From Ruditapes philippinarum (Eukaryota), in assembly GCF_026571515.1 (NCBI RefSeq), contig NW_026866730.1:1-64000 (forward strand): a stretch of 64,000 bases of DNA, written 5' to 3'. This document shows, one piece after another, positions 47,001 through 60,889 of the stretch. The notes under the pieces were generated by a model. The model ran no database searches. It saw only the letters and a program-made list of their open reading frames with translations, and was not told the origin of the DNA. The position numbers and the translations under genes are program-made. Within the stretch, counting starts at the first letter, position 1; the number at the start of each line of letters is the position of its first letter.

Positions 47001-50000
47001 GAAGCTGTGTAAAATAGTCATTTATCACATTATACAATCTCTTATGATTAAATTGCAGTTTACTTTAAAGAGTCAAGCGGATTTATCTCTTTATCAAATC
47101 CCATTTATAGAATAAAATAGCGCTTTGGAATCTGTAATCTGTGGAATAATTCAATTAAGTTTCCATTTAGTGTTGCGTGTCTTGTCCAAAGCAACAGTGC
47201 CGATATAGAGAGCTTAGTAGAACATGGCATGGATTTTAAGGGTATTGTTTTAGAAAAGTGTTTAAAGCTTTAAATCTGATGCATTTTTTAATAATACTTC
47301 AAAAATACCTGTATGAAAGAATTACGTTTGCAAGATTACATAAAAGAGCGAATGGCGCATGCACAAAATCCTAGCTAAACGGTTTTTAAAAAAACCCTAC
47401 TTGAACAGCAACATAAAAATTTGTTTTGGAACTGGCAGACATTTAATGTAGCTCTCCTTCGTTATAAAGGTTGTTAGTTTCATCATCACATTTTTTTGTC
47501 GTTCTTCCTTATTCTATAATATTATTATTCTATAATATCGGTTGCTTGATTGTTTTAGTTCTTAAAACATATAGATTCCGTCTGAAGAATGTAGTTTTTT
47601 ATAACAGGTTAATAGACGAATCGTTGAGATGGCTTATCGCGAATGGACGTGTCAAAGAAGCAAAAGCCATCATCAAAAAAGCATGTAAACTAAACAAAAA
47701 AGATTACGATGAAGTCGCCTCCGTGAGTGGCTTCCAAGCTTACGAGATGCATTCTGGAATTGAAATCGAAGTGCAAAAAGGTTTAGCATATGTATTGTAA
47801 TACTTTCATAAGAATATGTTTCAGTAACTTAAACGGCATAATCAAATATGAGGTAATTTTAATTATCATGCATAACAAACTGTACATATCTTCTTTGTTC
47901 TGTTTAAAGGTACTAATATGTTCTATAATTATAATCAGGTGTCCTCTGCAATTTTTCTTCAATATAGTATGCATAAATTGCCTCATAAAAAATCTAGAAA
48001 AGGGATATCTCACCATCGGCAGCAATGAAAAATATCAAAAATATCAACAAATAGTTGAAAATCGCAGACTTGATTTTAATGAGTCTGTTCATTGGGGTAA
48101 CATCTCTAACCTCCCATAGAACCGGTTTAAGCGGTATTCAATCCTCAACCCCGAAGGACTAGCATGGAAATCTAGGGAAATATATGTACATTTATTTTTA
48201 GAGATCGGTAGTCTCTTCTGTGGCAACAGTTCAACTTATATACAATAACACTCAGTTTGTATAATTTACAAAAACATGAGCAAATTCATCTTATTATAAT
48301 GTAGGCGCCATTTTGTTTCGCAAAAGAACGCAGAGGAACCGGAAATGCAGCCATTTTTTTTTAATTATTACATTTCAATTATTTCAGATACAAAGAAAAC
48401 ACCAGAATCTGATACTGAGGTATTGACAACAGAAAATGGTATTGCTAATGGCATGGACAAGAACGTTGTTTCCACCAAGACATACACAGCCATTGACCTT
48501 ATAAAATCTAAACGATTATTTTTAACTTCTATTATTATGTGGTTTGCCTGGTAAAATATTATTTCATCTCTATTTCTTTGTTTATTCTTTTCTTTTCTAA
48601 TGATCATTATTTGCATATCTTTACAATCTGGTTACATTTTAGAAGAACAAAAACTGAAAGTTTATCTTAGTGTTTTCAAATATTTACCAAAAATTTAGGA
48701 CAGTGATAATGTAAAATAATGATTTCATTATAAAGATGAAGATACATTTATATATGTATCACATTTTTCTATATTTTTTTCGAAGAATTTTTCATCTCGA
48801 ATTATTTTTCAAAACCAATCAGAACGCATCTAATTTAATTAACAAGTGACTGACACAGCTTGCAGCATAAAAGTTTTTTTTTATCAGAGTCAGATTTCCA
48901 CCCTTTTTGAGGAAAAATCAACTTCATTGGCTATCAATGCAATGCTCAGTATCCAAATTTTTCTCATTCGCTACAGCACTTTTTTTCCAGATTTTTAAGA
49001 CATTTTACGTTTTGAAAATTTAACTTCATTGTTAGGTATGATTGTTACGTATGACTTTAGGTAAAACTGGCAAAACTATACATCGGATGTTAAAAGACAA
49101 AATATATTCAAAAGCGTATTATAACTTTTCAGGATTACGAACAGTTCAACATATTATGGTATAATGTTGATATCTTCTAGTCTTGCTGGAGATAGATTCT
49201 TAAATTTTTTCCTTGGTTCAGTTGTTGAATACCCAGCAGCTTTCATGGAATGGGCGATGATAAACAGGTGAATAACTTCTTAGCTTCTTAATTTCCAATA
49301 AACAATATCGTTTCTCATATAAAAAAGGAAACAACAACAACAGAAAAAAACACTCAAAAAATAACAAAGGAAACAAAAAAATATTTATACATTAATATAG
49401 ATCAAGAAGCGACGTTAATATCATTCAACTGCGTAGTCACAATTATACTTTCCCAGGAATGCAGGGATTGTGCAATAATTACGCAAAATTTGTACAATAT
49501 ATGACCGGATCAAGCAGCACTTACAGTAAATGATGATTAATCAAATTGACAAAATACCATTCAAACAATTTCCAGGAAAATGTTGGCTTTTTTAAAGATT
49601 GCATGAGAGAATGATGAGCTTATGAACGACGACTTTTGTGCTTCGTTAACAGACGCATGTAATATCACGTACTTGGACTTTTTATATTCGGTATTCCCTG
49701 AGACATTTACCAAACCACTCGTTTTACATAATTCTTAAATAAGCAGCCATTATGTGATTGAGCCACTTGTTATAACATAAGAAGTAATGACAATTTCGTA
49801 AATGATGCGCTGAAGAAGCACTTGAAAATTCATAAAATATGTCTGAATCACATTCAACTTGCTTTGTTATATGACACCAGTGAATCGGCTAATGTCTCAG
49901 TAAATTTAATAGAAAGTTATATATACGTTATTTAACTCCATGTAAAATAATCATAATACTAATAGATATAACAAAATGTACAAGAGCAACAAACAAGAAA

Positions 50001-51944
50001 ACGTGTAAAACATTAAAACCCGGCAGTAATATGAGCTCTACATGCCCTCGTTTTTTGTATATATATTTCAGATATGGTAGAAAACCGACTTGTATAGCAT
50101 TTCATTGTATATGTGGAGTAGCACTCATTACTGCTACAATCCTGACAACAACAGCAAGTAAGATTATTTACATTATTACATCATTGTTCGTTGCTCTGAT
50201 TCCTTTTACAAAAATCTTAATCCGACCAAGAACACATAAAAAATTCGGTCATGATCTCTAGTCTGACAATTGTACTTTTCCCGCCCTTTCTATGACACTT
50301 CGAGAAAGTTCATAATAACTGATTACGGGTTAAGGCAGTCCGTAGAAATATTAATTAAGCATAACCGGATTGTGACGGAAACACCCGAAGAGTAACGTCC
50401 GTTGCCCTGCTAATACTGAATACTAGTATACATCATGTAAACTCATTATCGATTTTTTTGCAATTGAAAATATCAACTGATATTCACCCAAGTGAGATAA
50501 CTAATATTTTCTTAAAAACGAAATATATTTTTCTTTTTAAAGATGGAAACTCGGCGATGATTTTGGGTTCAACAGTATTTACTTTGATTGGAAAGTTTGC
50601 AATCACAGGGTCCTTTAGCACAATATTTCTGTACACTCCGGAATTGTACCCAACCAATATGAGGTAAGTTTGTTTATTATAGATAAATAAATAAATAAAA
50701 CTTGAAAAATTTATTCATTTAATAGGTCACTTCAAATGACCGTCATAAAATATTGTTCGCATATTAAACATGTCTATAACTCTATTCGGATTTCGATTAT
50801 TCGAACCCATCGATTATTCGAAGTAAATTTTCAGTTCTCAGCAATTCGAATAATCGAGGTTGGACTGTAAATGTGGTTTGTATAGCATCTAACTTGCTAA
50901 AGAAGTGCGTGTGTGTTGTAAATATATTACACTTCGGAGTCGGAGAAATGAAATATCTTTTACATCTATGAACTACCAAAAGTGATGAGTACATTAAGTA
51001 CATGCGGCGAAGAATAACAATTATTGTTCGTTTAAATATTATTGTAGTACATGTTCTTAAAGAAATAAAAGGATAAAGTAAAAAAATGCCATAAATATGC
51101 TTTGGAAAAGAACTTTATTGATTGAAGTTATGTTGGGTAATATGACGTTTGAATGTTAAAAGTTAGAACTGCAATAAGTACTGTTACCGTGTTGTATTTT
51201 ACTAGTTATTTCATATTTGACGATTGCTACTAAAGATACTAATGTTATGTTAGTACTGAGTCTACTGACATTTAAGATGTTGTCCTAAGATATCCTTTGT
51301 TTCAGAAATCTAGGCATTGGCATGTCGTCTGCCGCAGCAAGGATAGGTGGAATGTTGGCGCCATTCTCGCGGAATCTGGTATGTAACGTTGTTTATGTCT
51401 ACCATGCTTTAAGTCTGGCCTGATTTTTTTGGGTTGGCGATTTATCGCTTAACCATAGTAACCATTTTTGCGAAATCATGCAGTGTACTATTTGTCTTTT
51501 CCATAGCAACGTTTCATTTAAAAGCAGTCCAAACTGTATATCTGTCTGTGATTATTAGACAGGTTAAAGACATATATAAAACGCTATTAAATGTACTACA
51601 GCAGCAGTAGCAGATAGCCAGCCTTTTTGTACTCTGCACTTTGATTTGTGATTTTGTTGATTTTGTGCCCACAAATTAATTGGTTTTCTTTTCTCTTAAC
51701 GTTATCATTAATTTATACTCATTTCCTGCAGGCGGAAGTGGCAGTCTGGGCACCAGGCTTAGTGTTCGGCATTATGTGCGCTATTGTTTCCGTGACAATG
51801 TTATGGGTACCAGAAACAAATCAGTACGAACTCCCTCAGACACTCGAGGAATGCGAAAGATGGTATAAAGACAATAGATTTAAAGCACCTTGCGGTAGCA
51901 GACGGCATCGTGAAAGAACCGAATCCGACCAGCAAATGTCATAA
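44050..51944 (+). CDS. SLC22-family organic cation/anion transporter-like MFS protein, 11 exons, about 584 aa
   Basis: Exons 44050-44182, 44803-45026, 45360-45590, 46676-46878, 47608-47780, 48388-48550, 49133-49267, 50072-50157, 50543-50663, 51306-51378 and 51732-51944 are all GT-AG and in phase. SLC22 motifs: [11 protein letters not shown], a Cys-containing extracellular loop, [73 protein letters not shown]. The subfamily cannot be assigned without a phylogeny. Confidence 0.94.
50770..50868. mobile_element. Tc1/pogo-like MITE remnant
   Basis: Repeated GATTATTCGAA units and their inverse TTCGAATAATC, ending TCGAGGTTGGACTG-TA. Confidence 0.5.
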
Positions 51945-52290
51945 TTAGAGGATATTGAATGAGTGTAAGTTAAATACTGAACGAGTTGTATAAAGTTATA
52001 TTTATGCGAGCCTCAGGCGAGCATTATATTATTTTAAACAACGAGTTCAATAAATTCAGTATTGAACTTATACGAATATAATATTCTATTTATCCAAATA
52101 CTCCAAATAAAGAGAGTTTAAAATGAAAAAGAATCATTTTTTCAATGACTCGCATTTAATTTAACGCTAACATTTAGTGCGTCATTACACTAGGTTTTTA
52201 TAACGCAAATGACGTCACGTCAAAAATATATGCACGACCGTGCAATACCGTTTTTACGGAGTCGCAAAATCGGCACGGGTATGTGATAAA
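51945..52290 (+). repeat. Foldback dispersed repeat starting right after the SLC22 stop codon
   Basis: Internal inverted arms (AATACTGAA / TTCAGTATT; TAGAGGATATT / AATATTCTA). A related copy lies at 40055-40190. Confidence 0.6.
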
Positions 52291-52514
52291 TGAATTTATT
52301 GTTTTACACAAAAACAAATGAAGACGTGTAGTTAAGTTTTATTGCATTTGTTTAGTTTATTGCCATTGCATGTGAAACGTTATATTATATATCGAAACAC
52401 TCGTGCACAGAAATGTAATATGTTTAAATAAAAAAGAATGATATTCAGAATTTACATTACATCATACGAGTTCTTCAGAGATTTTGGTGCTATACGATTA
52501 GAATAGGACTATAA

Positions 52515-52735
52515 GGCTCCTGTGACCGAGTGATTTAGATTGTTGATCTTAAACCACTTTGACAATTTTGATCTCTTATTGTGCTTACGGAACATCGGTT
52601 GTGGTCCTACTCAAGCACCCGTTCCTGAAATAATGCATGAAAGGCCACATGAGGTCTGCCTCTACCACATTTATGCTGGAAAGTTGCCATAATACCTTTA
52701 CTGTGTTGCTTTGACGTTAAAAACAATAAAAATGA
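52515..52735 (+). mobile_element. Degenerate tRNA-derived SINE (bivalve MetaSINE-like)
   Basis: A-box-like GGCTCCTGTGACCGAGTG, central GCTTACGGAA..TCGG..TGAAATAATGCA..GCTGGAAAGTTGCCATA, and 3' TGTGTTG..GACGTTAAAAACAATAAAA. The family assignment is from my recollection of the consensus and has not been searched. Confidence 0.65.
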
Positions 52736-55236
52736 AGATATTAGTTATCACTATCAAGAAATTATGATATATATATTATTTCTTTTAAAAAATCGGTCAA
52801 CATGCCATTACATCAAGGTTAAAACCACCCTGATCACTTCAAAATACTGTAAATTGTCTCTAAGGTCAAGATATGGAATAATAAATATGGTGGATTTAAA
52901 GAACGTGACAATGAATAAATTGATGAGCTATGCCTTACATTTCTTTTATTTGAAACACCCTGTGCAAATAAACAAAATAAAATGTTTATTTTTTCTTCAG
53001 CATATTTGTAATTCGTTTGTTGGTGTTGTAACCGCTGTGACATTGCTGTGATCAATGTCAATAGCATTTGAAAAAACACAGACATTCATAATAACAAAAG
53101 TAAATGAATCAACCCCAATTGAGACTGGAAAGTTACAAATTGACGGGGGGCTTAAGAATTTTAATTTGCTTGACACCAAATTGTCTACATCGGTCTATTA
53201 GCAGTGTATAAGCAAACATAATATAAAATCAAAAAACAAATAAAATTAATGTTATCAAATTTCATCTTATAAATAAAAGGGAAATTTTAAAAAATTCTAA
53301 ATTTTGTTCTGATTTCAATTATCAATTTAAAAATTATTATTTGAAAAGGAGTGGTAATAAATTAACCCAAATAAAAAAACAACAGCGCACCCCGCATCAA
53401 GTGCTTAAAGCAAATTAAGACACTGTAAAATTTACTTTCTAGCATTATTTCAACAAGATCTAAAAAATAAGGTGTTTTTTGAACACCGAAGGGAAAAATT
53501 GGTTATGAATAGGATTACCTTGCATTACTTAGTTTTTATACGCAAAGTAAAATTATATGCACGAATATAGTTTATATCCACGGGATCTTATGAATTCATG
53601 TTTTACAAATGAAGACTGTATAAGTTATTCATTTGTTTAACTTGCCAAAAAGCAGTGAAACGTATTATAAATGATAACACTCGTGCAAGAATAAATGTGA
53701 AGATATTCGAAATTTACATTACACGTTTCCAAGTCTTGGCGTATGACAGCTTAGATAGTACTATAGAGCACTGTACACATATATTAGAATTGGTACCATT
53801 TGAAATTATGATCTCTTAATTACATTGGTTTGTTATCAAGTCTTCAGTGACCATTAAAAAATCATGAAAAGGACACAAATATTCTGAAGTACAGAACAAA
53901 GATAATTACTGTGTTGTTAGACGTTATGAAAATAAATATGAAGACTATATACAAGCAATTTACGTGTAAGAAAGGCGTTATTAAATCAGTTATCTAGCCG
54001 GATCTACAATTCATTGTTCGTTATAGGATTTTTAACTAAAATCGGATCGTGATTTCCAGAAATGATGAGTACACGCTCAAACAATGAACAACTTGTATAT
54101 TCGTTCTAAATAAAGATCAAATAAAATGGTTTTACTTAGAAATTAATCACAATCTATAAATACAATAAATACTCTGAACGCATGAAGATAAATATATGTA
54201 TTAATGACAACTAGCAGAGCCATTTTAGACCCCAGGGGGTAAAATTCATATAACTTTTGTAAATGCGTACAAGGGCAGCCATACCGAATATCCAGAAGAT
54301 TTAAATATTTGTTTACCTATTCATGTATAAGTGTATGAAATAAATAGAAGTGCATTCCAAAGAGCGACCAAATTTCTTCACCAGGGGCATGGTTTATACA
54401 ATTTTGTATAGAGAACACAAGGAAATGTTACATACAAAGTATCTAAGGATTGGGCGCTGTAGTTTCTAAGAAGACATAATAATATTTTCATTAGGGTCTG
54501 TGTTAACTCCTGTAACCTACTTAAACATCAGACTGTATGTATTTTTATTTTGGACACATTTCGAAGATCACCAAAGGAAAGCAAAAACCACCTTGTGGTA
54601 ATTAAGGGGGAGGATTGTTTAAAGACATTGTGGATAGCGACGCACGACAGACATTATGCCATCAAAAAAAGTTAATCCATGAGAACAGTAAAAAAGCTGT
54701 TAAAGACCATCTACATATTTTTTTGTTATTATCTTAAAGTTTCATTGAAGTGCATGCATGTAGTAAATTATGATCACTGAAATATATGATATTTATCTAA
54801 ACAGATCTAGGACGTTTTTTAAGCTCTAAATGGAAGAATCTTGGTCCTCATAATATATTTTCTTTTAACGCATTGCCTGAAAAAAGTGAAACCATTATCA
54901 AAATAGATTAAAACTGTGCAATAAAGTGAAATTTATTTCGACAAATTTGATTACATGTGATACATTTCCAATGTCTTGTGACGTATTAACTTATATAGCT
55001 TATAATAGAATGCATTCAATATCATTATGTACAACTTAGGGTAATTTGATTATAATTCATTCAGTATAAACATTGAATTAGTTATAGTTCTTCACCGTGA
55101 TCTCTATTAAAAAGTATCAATCAACGTGAACACAAATAAATAAGTGAAGGTCAGATCACAAATGAAAACTGTGTTTTTAGAACCATTATGTATAATTATA
55201 TATGATATCGCTTTAAATATTTGCGGCTTCTGTACT

Positions 55237-57249
55237 CTATGCTGAAACGTCTTCAAGACTATGAATAGCTCTGAGTAATCCAAACGCTTGCGTCCAGCTG
55301 ACGTTGTTCTTGTCATCTTTCTCAGAACTCTTAGAAAGTGCCGGAAGTGACCTAGATGAACGTGACGAAGACGGCTTATATGATGGCGAAGGAGATAACA
55401 GATTATATGACGATATCATTTCATTTTCTAACCTTTGACTAGAAGATAATCTATCAACTTGTTCAAATTTGATTTTTCGAACTCTATCGACTAAATCGGG
55501 CATGCTTAGATCTCTTGACTTTAATTGTCTCGATTTGTCCGGCACATCTAAGTAAATGTCATAATCCTCGCTTTCATCAACTGACCTAGAATGACGTAAT
55601 GACAGACGCCGAACTCTTCTTGACTTCTGTTCTGTCGAAGAAACACTGTCTCTATAATCTGACATCGCGTCATTTTCACTTTCCGTCACTACAGGAGATT
55701 TACTGTTGCTTGCAGCTAGTCTATCGACTTCAGGCTCGTTTGTTTCCTCTTCCGGACTATATCCATATTTTATCGGATATAAAATGGCTGCTTGAAGTTT
55801 AAGTGAGTCATTAGTAGAACCGCGATGAACAATATTGTCTCGTGGATCAGGGACTTTTTCTACAACATCAGGGATACCGTGTTTCCTTGCTAATTTATGA
55901 ACCACATCAAACAGATTCTTTGTCCCTGTGTATTTCAGTTTGATAATATCGGAGAATGACACATCGTTTTTCTTCTTTAATCGACCACCATATGACGATA
56001 CCGACATCTCCTCATCCCAAACTTTTAGATCAAATCTATCCGGTTCTGATTCATCTTTTGTACATGCTGGCTTTTCATTCGATTCGTCGCATTCTTTTTC
56101 AGCATCTTCATCTATCATTGGAAGCATTGGTTCAAATGCCCGGCTCACTTTTCTGTTTCGCGTGTTTCCGGCTTGTTGACCGTCGCCATCATTTGAGTCA
56201 TTCTCTCCTGGATGGACGTCTGTTATTCCTGTTTGAAGAAACATTGAACCGCTCTTGAAATCAATCTGTGGCGGTTGCTTGCGTTCATAAGTTTCCTCGT
56301 CTTCGTGAAAACTTTGGTCTTCTTCGAGTTTGTTTTCTAGATAGTGATCACCGACTGGATATGTTACTGGTTCCGGTGTTCTAGCCGTAGCTTCGGATTT
56401 TAATCTTAGGTGAAGTTCTTCCAAGAGTGCTCTTTCCTTGTCGTGGCGTTGTTGTTCCTTTATCAGTTTTACATGTTCAATCCGTGTCTGTTTCAGTTTT
56501 CTCACATATCTTCCAAGCTTCATTTTCATTTTTATTTGCTCCCTTCTAATATTGTTTACAGTACATGCAATGTCCTTCCGGTACATATTCAGCGTTCTTT
56601 TATACTCGAGTTCACTTCCGGCTACCCGCGTGATAACTACTCGACCAATTTCACTTTGCAGTCCGGCAACCTTGGCATAAGATGACTGTGACATCACCAA
56701 CTCCTAATATGATAAAATATATAGGAAACAGTATGAAATAAAAGTCATTTTTTAAACAGTTAAATATAATTTATATTCTTCATAATTATACTTGTATTTT
56801 ATGTTAATATTAATGTGATATCTTTAAAAAATGAGTTGATGGTTTTACTTTACAATTCATAAATGTACAGTTTATTTAAAGGTCCATTATGCCTTAGAAT
56901 GCTATCATTTGTATTTCTCAAAAACTGTTCATTTATTTATTTATTTTATTTTGGTAAAAACATGAACTATTTTTTGTCTCATGTTTTGTTTGCAAATAGT
57001 ATTACCATAGTGAATTAGTATTGTGTATATATGAAAGTCAAAGTACTATACTTTGTATAAAGAATTAAAAACACGGATTTTTGAGGCATAAAGTGCCTCC
57101 GAAAGGAAAAAAATATAATCGTAATATACTCGTAAACTCATATATCAAAACTATATATGATGAATTTCAAGGATATATCTTACCCTTTTCATTTCAGTCC
57201 GTGCCCATCTAAACATATTATCATCTCCCTGCATCCTTGTCCTCAACAT
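55237..57249 (-). CDS. Uncharacterised protein, about 510 aa, with an N-terminal coiled coil and a long acidic/Ser-rich disordered region
   Basis: A 1467-nt stop-free reading frame (56703-55237) in AT-rich DNA is preceded by an AG acceptor. An upstream exon at 57249-57184 (MLRTRMQGDDNMFRWARTEMKR) ends in GTAAG and joins in phase 0. A further acceptor near 57266 suggests more upstream exon(s). No family recognised. Confidence 0.8.
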
Positions 57250-58949
57250 CTTGTCTTTACAATAGCTAGCAAATAAAAACCCACTTCCAATTTTGAAATT
57301 AACACTTCCGGTATATGGTGATTAAAGCTTTTATCACAATTGCTAATTTTATTTCATATAAATTTTCTTTCCGTAACTTTTACATATATTATTCTTGTCC
57401 GATATCAAGCACATGTTGTATTCTGAGACATGCTTATGACGTATGAAAGTGACGTACCGTAATTTTACTTTCCTGTAATTTTATTTTTAATTTCCTATAT
57501 TTTTACTTAACTGTAATTTTACTCTCCTAATTTGATGATATTTGCATATAACTTAGCGAAACGGTATTAATTCACAACATTATGAACAATTTAACGGCAA
57601 ATATCCAATGCATTTTGGTGTCGTCTGCTTTTGTAGTTTGTACAGTGCTGAAAAGATAAATCATAAATCAAATATTAGTCCAGAAGTCAAATATGCAAGT
57701 TAAATTTACAGATTTTATCAAGAAAATGTTATTTGAACTTTGAGACACTGAATGCACTGTTTGATTTTAAGCTTAAAATAAAAATGATAGCCACCGGTTC
57801 ATTAACTTGATAAGTAAAGTAACTACTTGACAAATGGTCAAATCTTTAATAAAACATTGTTCGTTTTCTTACATTTCATTTCAATACGTTACGTTAAAAC
57901 GCCAATAGACTATTTTGTTAACAATGATCCTTAAGAATCCATTTTTATATAGTCACAATTTCAAACATAACAATATTGTGAAAAACAGCTTTTATATAAA
58001 TAATAATTTGATACGATTTTGTTTGTAGAAGTATGTATAAAAACTGTGAAAATGTGAGCATTGTTTCAACAAACTTTGATTCATGTCGTGAAAACTGAAA
58101 TACGTGGCATTCTCCTAACCCCCTATCAAAGTTCACTTTCATGCGATAAACATTTTGTTTTCATTTATATTACATTTTGTTATAAGTTCATATTTATTTA
58201 ATGATCTATATTTGAAAAAAGTTCCTGTTCTAAATATGTCTTTTGTAAAAGAAAATCAATTAGGTTTATTTTATTTAATTTTTCATTCATAAATGAAAGA
58301 CATGCATACAAAAATAAATAAACAATTAACTTCTGTAGAAAAATATTGCCCCATGTATTCAATTTAGATTTTAAAGTAAAGAAAGATTACAACAATAGAG
58401 AAAGAACCTTTCTTACCTCAACCAATAAAAAAATTCTGTTGAAAATCTTTTTTTTTTAAATGTTTAAAAACTGTTTACTTATAATAACAAAGAAACATAT
58501 AATTATTATATTTTATTACGCTCGGCCACTTTAAAGTCCGTCTTTTAACAAAGCATATGAAAAATATGAACACAAATACCAAAAGTTTTCTTCAAATAAA
58601 CGTTTATCCATAAAATGGTACTTCGGCCTCCTTGAAATCACAGTTTAAAAACATAAATCACGCACCGGTATTATTTTATACAAGTTGATTGGCTTTTAAG
58701 ATTTACAATATTTACTTATGTTTTCAATATTCCGTAAAACAAGTATCTTAAACGTGCATTATTTGCAGCGCGTTAAGTGCGATCTTTTATCAACTTTGAC
58801 GCAAAGTGCGGCTACTTAAAAGTAATAAAAAAATGTATGCTCAAACTAAACACAAGTACGAGTTAGCAGTTGATAAAAATAAATTAAATAATTCTTTCCA
58901 ATCATCAACTATTAGAGAGAAGATGCCCAAACTTCTTCCCGTATTTTTT

Positions 58950-59470
58950 TACATCATTATCAGTATCATCATCGGCGTTATTTCCATAATTATCACTAAA
59001 ATCGTCATCACCATCGTCACTATTACCACAAGCATTATATCATTATTGTCGTCCTCATCATCATCACTATCATCATTATTAGCACCGACGTTTTAATCAT
59101 CATCATCACCGTCGTCGTTGTGGTCGTCGTTGTAATTACTATCATTATTTTCGTCGTCGTCGTCATTTTATTATTTTCTTTGTCGTCGTCATTATAATTA
59201 TTATCATCGTCAAAATAATCATTATCATCTTCGTCGTCGTCGTCATTATAATTATTATTATCATCTTCTTCGTCTTCATTATTATCATTTTTGCCGCTGC
59301 CGCTGGCATGAATTTTATTATAACCGTATCATCATCATCACCACCGCCAGCATCATCATCATCATCATCACCAGAGTTGTCTATATTTTGGTTATCTTAA
59401 CAATTACGATCATCATGGAACAGTAAGCATCACTATCATTCATCATTATACATATCATTATGATAACCTC
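58950..59470. repeat. Degenerate trinucleotide low-complexity tract (ATC/GTC/ATT)n
   Basis: Runs of CATCAT, GTCGTC and ATTATT. Accounts for the Ile/Ser/Thr-rich ORF at 58806-59096. Confidence 0.9.
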
Positions 59471-60404
59471 TATTACTTACTATCTTACTATTTACATGAT
59501 TTATTAACCAGTTCAATTAAAAACACTCGGTTGAATTATTCCCATGAGCATTTTAGAATCGCCCGAATGTTATTCATAACCATATGTATATTTCCATATT
59601 TCTAAAAACAACAACAAAAACTCGATTGATGCTATTAAACGAAATGATTTTGTTTCACAAGACTTAAATACTTGATTGAAAAAAAGTCTTACCAATAAAA
59701 TGTCAGTCTCACGTTCGTAAATCAAGCTTATAAAGAAAGACAGGTTATACAGAGGGGAAAACAATTCGTGATTACGGAATTGATTTTCATTATTTACATC
59801 TAAACATGCCGCCAGTATGACCGGTAACCGTTTGTTAGGTATTCTCAAGATATCTAATGAACGAGTTTTTTAGTGCAGTTATGAAAAGATCTATGGAAAA
59901 TCCATAAACTCGGAACAAACAACTCTTGATTGTAATTCTTAAAATGATCTTAAATATATCAACAGAAAAAAATCATTCGGGTATTTGATTGGCCAGATAT
60001 ATAGTGAAACTGGTAATAAAGATAATCGATCATCGATTGTATTAATAATTATTATCATGAAATCGAGCTTATACTTTTCTTATTGTACAAAAATTATTTT
60101 ACAATAATTCTTTAGTAAGTAAAATAGAAAAGAAAAAGAAATATGTAAAGTATAAATGAAATAGCGATAAATCTGAAAGTAAGAAAACACGGAGGGAAAT
60201 GAGTGTAAAAATTTCGTTAATCATGCATCACATCTTATATAATATATTGAATTCACAAACATTATATACAATGTATATTATGGAAAAAATATAACGATTA
60301 AAATTGATATTAAATAATGATATCTTTTGAAATTTACTTCTAGCATTATATTGATGTAATCGTTTAATCTACAATATGGTGTTGTAACGAAATTTACCCT
60401 TTAC

Positions 60405-60889
60405 AAACAAGAGATGTTAGTAGGACAGTGTGCTCGACTATTCTCAGTGCTAAATATTGAAAAAAGTAGAATAAGTTCAATAAGGGTCATAATTCTGTCA
60501 AAACCCATGTTAGAGTTATAGGCCTTTGACAGTGACTTTCTTTTATACACTCAATTAATCGATTTTTATACTTATCAATGAAATATTGTTGAAATAATTG
60601 CATTTTTTTCCGTATTTTCTAAAGGCACAATTTTATTTTCATGCAGTGAAATATATTTTCCGTATTTTTACTGATGTCTTGCTGGACTATTTTCTTCCAA
60701 ATTTAGCCAATACACAAGACTAAAGAGGAAGTTTTTCGAACCGTATGGTCAATAAAACATAAAATAAACAGAAAATTCAAGTTTTTCTTAATGCAGGATT
60801 AATAGAAAAAACTTTTACTAAAGTGCGACGCTGCATGACACCGACGCCGTGGTGAGTACAATAGCTATTCTTCGAATAGTCAGCAAAAA
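60405..60889 (-). mobile_element. HINE-like element G (GCTCGACTATT family)
   Basis: On the minus strand: TTTTTGCTGACTATTCGAAGAATAGCTATTG with GGCGTC repeats, ending AGCACTGAGAATAGTCGAGCACACTGTCCTACTAACATCTCTTGT. Confidence 0.7.

Noticed and set aside
55599-56685. Plus-strand ORFs overlapping the 510-aa gene
   Set aside because: They are antisense shadows of a real coding exon.
58806-59096. ORF with an apparent transmembrane Ile-rich stretch
   Set aside because: It derives from a degenerate (ATC/ATT)n microsatellite.
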